This document shows positions 62,126-64,000 of a DNA stretch of 64,000 nucleotides, in pieces. The position numbers and the translations under genes were made by a program. Source of the DNA: Acidimicrobiales bacterium (lineage in GTDB: Bacteria; Actinomycetota; Acidimicrobiia; Acidimicrobiales; SZUA-35); contig JAWSVN010000003.1 of NCBI GenBank assembly GCA_033851875.1, positions 53-64,052 of the forward strand. Reading direction: 5' to 3'. The notes under the pieces are model-generated. The model had not been told where the DNA came from. It did not search any database and was given only the letters and a program-made list of their open reading frames with translations. Each line of letters starts with the position of its first letter. The stretch's first letter is position 1.

Positions 62126-63670
62126 CTATTCGTCGACGTCGGCGATCCAGATCGACGTCGGGTTCGACATCTCGTAGACGAGGAGCCGGTCGCCGATCGC
62201 CGCGGTCGCCTGCTCCCCACCCGGTGCTTCGATCCCGCTCAGGTCGCCGAATCGCCAGCGGACGCCGTCGGACGTCACCAGGACTCCTCGCTGTTCGACG
62301 GCTGACGTGAGGTCGACGGTGTCGATCACCGGGAACGCGCCGTCGCTGTCGCCCCACTTGCCGATACTCGGTGTCTCCACGTTTGCCGGAAGGTCGCCGA
62401 GGCGGACGATGCCGGAGCTGTCGACACGAAAAAGCGCGCTGGGGTCGTCTGCGCTGCGGCTCGCAGACCCCGACCAGCCGACCCCGGCGCTCAGAGCCAC
62501 GACTGGGCCGGGGGCCTCGATGATCGTCCAATCGGACGCGTCGCTCGCAGTCGCCAGCCAGAACCCGCCGGCTTCGGTGTCGCTCGAGAGCGAAGCCGTC
62601 ACCGTCGAGCCGTCGACGACGAGACGACCGGGGAGCCCCTCCAGTTCGGCCAGCACCGTTGGCGGGCCCTCGTCCTCCCATCGGACCACGAAGGTTCGGT
62701 CCTGCCCCCGCTGGTCGTAGAGGAGGAAGTCGGTGTCGGAGACGCCGAGCGTCGCCGGGGTGACGAGGACGTCTCGGAGATCGGAACTGGCCAGGCACTC
62801 CCGATCGGTCTCGGCGGTGGAGCTCAGGCTCAGCGTGTAGACAAGTCCCTCGCCGACGAGCTCGCAGACCCGCTCCTCGGGCCGGATCAGGCCCGCTCGT
62901 TCGGCGAGGTCGACCAGGTCGACGGTCTCGACGGCGCCGACCAACGCATGGACGCGGCCGTCGACGCTGAAGAAGAGCGGTCGGTTCACCTGGCCCCAGC
63001 GCCGAGGCGGGTCGGGGTGCTCGGGGAGTTCGAGATCCCCGAGAAGGTCGAGCGGTTCGAGCGTGTCGCCGAGTCGCCACCTCTGCCCCCCACCGGCCTC
63101 TGGGTCATAGGTGAACACCACGAGGTCGGCGCCGAGGCTGTTGACCTCGAGGACCCGGTGGCCGGTGGGAACCTCGATCGACCTCCACGTCACTGCGTCC
63201 TCGCTCACGACGAGGTGGCTCTGGTCCTCGTCGGCCCCAGGGCCTGCGACGACGAAGGTGTCGCCCACGAGGCCCGCCCAGTTGGCCCACTCCAGCGCGC
63301 CGAGTTCCGGGACCTTCGCTTCGATGAAGGTCAGCGGGGCGCCAAGGAGGAGCGGACCGTCGTTGTCGACCGGCGGAAGCGAGACGGTCGTCGTCGGCGC
63401 CGCTGTCGGCGGCAGGGTTGTCAGAGCCGGGCCGGGGGTATCGGTCGGCTCGGTGACGGTTTCCAGGAGATCCCTGTCGCTGCCGCCGATGGTGAACACA
63501 CCGCCGACCGCCACCAGGGCGGCAGCAGCGATCGCGATCGCCGGTCGACGCGATCGTCTGTGCCCTTTCGAAGAGGATCGAAGCGCAGCCGGGTCGGGGA
63601 TCTCGACGCGCAAGGCGTCGGCCCGGCGGTGGAGCGCATCGGTGAGGTCGGTTTCGAGGGTGTCGCTCAT
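62126..63670 (-). CDS. Single-pass membrane protein with large extracytoplasmic beta-rich domain; candidate anti-sigma factor
   Basis: The ATG overlaps the stop of the upstream sigma gene (ATGA). A short cytoplasmic N-terminus and one TM helix (AIAIAAAALVAVGGVF) are followed by a PT linker and a domain of about 420 aa. Confidence 0.5.
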   Translation of the reverse strand: MSDTLETDLTDALHRRADALRVEIPDPAALRSSSKGHRRSRRPAIAIAAAALVAVGGVFTIGGSDRDLLETVTEPTDTPGPALTTLPPTAAPTTTVSLPPVDNDGPLLLGAPLTFIEAKVPELGALEWANWAGLVGDTFVVAGPGADEDQSHLVVSEDAVTWRSIEVPTGHRVLEVNSLGADLVVFTYDPEAGGGQRWRLGDTLEPLDLLGDLELPEHPDPPRRWGQVNRPLFFSVDGRVHALVGAVETVDLVDLAERAGLIRPEERVCELVGEGLVYTLSLSSTAETDRECLASSDLRDVLVTPATLGVSDTDFLLYDQRGQDRTFVVRWEDEGPPTVLAELEGLPGRLVVDGSTVTASLSSDTEAGGFWLATASDASDWTIIEAPGPVVALSAGVGWSGSASRSADDPSALFRVDSSGIVRLGDLPANVETPSIGKWGDSDGAFPVIDTVDLTSAVEQRGVLVTSDGVRWRFGDLSGIEAPGGEQATAAIGDRLLVYEMSNPTSIWIADVDE

Positions 63671-64000
63671 GTCAGCTCATTCCGGAGGTCGGCGAGGGCG
63701 CGATGGACGGTGCTCTTGGCGGTGCCGGTCGAGATCCCCATCGCCTCGGCGATCTCGGGGAACCTCAGGCCGCCGTAGAAGCGGAGGACGAGGGCGGTTC
63801 GGCGTCGGGCCGGGAGGGCCGACACGACGTCGAGCAGGTAGTCGTGTTCGGGCCGGTCGTCGGTCGGCGGAGGATCGGGATGGAGGCGTCGGACCCGTCG
63901 TTTGCGGAGCTCGCCGCGACACTCGTTGACCACGGCACGCCGCAGGTAGGGGAGCGGGTCGTCGATCGTCTCCCAGCGCTGCCAGAGACGGCGGAACGAG
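63667..64000 (-). CDS. ECF/group-4 sigma-70 factor, N-terminus outside window
   Basis: Region 4 (RRRTALVLRFYGGLRFPEIAEAMGISTGTAKSTVHRA). The frame stays open to the window edge. Confidence 0.8.
   Translation of the reverse strand, partial: SFRRLWQRWETIDDPLPYLRRAVVNECRGELRKRRVRRLHPDPPPTDDRPEHDYLLDVVSALPARRRTALVLRFYGGLRFPEIAEAMGISTGTAKSTVHRALADLRNELT

Overview
This is a high-GC (about 70%) chromosomal segment that looks actinobacterial. The inference rests on hallmark genes: WhiB, mycoredoxin, an F420-type LLM oxidoreductase, HelD, DUF3097 and MptB/Ppm1-type glycosyltransferases. I support about 55 protein-coding genes, one decayed gene, one intrinsic terminator and several repeats or palindromes. 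I found no rRNA, intact tRNA, CRISPR array, transposase or integrase.

Most of the window is housekeeping:
- an AddAB/AdnAB-like helicase-nuclease pair
- a DUF1800/DUF1501 pair
- an OmpR/HK two-component system
- a sugar ABC importer with a GH13_18 sugar phosphorylase
- an ABC1 kinase, ferrochelatase, WhiB and HelD
- a second type IIA topoisomerase
- mycoredoxin, an AI-2E transporter and an M50 protease
- a GGDEF-EAL protein, an ABC-F ATPase and cell-envelope glycosyltransferases

Many long ORFs in the six-frame track are Arg/Pro/Gly-rich antisense or out-of-frame shadows typical of high-GC DNA, and I rejected them.

The items most worth a second look:
1. A family of roughly 53-nt palindromic repeats. 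Two copies in inverted orientation bracket a frameshifted DUF559 gene. A third copy closes a 4.7-kb accessory-looking segment between helD and the topoisomerase genes.
2. A CarH/LitR-like regulator with an exact Wx9EH adenosylcobalamin-photoreceptor signature, upstream of whiB and ferrochelatase. A paralog lacks the signature, and its conserved HTH N-terminus lies upstream of any ATG/GTG/TTG start.
3. An atypical type IIA topoisomerase pair with A-before-B gene order, an EGNSAAG Toprim motif and no canonical GyrA box.
4. A tail-anchored coiled-coil protein with an RNxxxH (HEPN-like) motif.
5. A 56-aa DUF2510 mini-ORF that falls below the ORF-track length cutoff.
6. Unusual fusions: wHTH with an alpha/beta hydrolase, an MptB-like GT-C with a Ppm1-like GT2, and a MalF-like permease with a long polytopic extension.

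All family assignments come from reading the translations by eye and from memory of the families. No database search was run.
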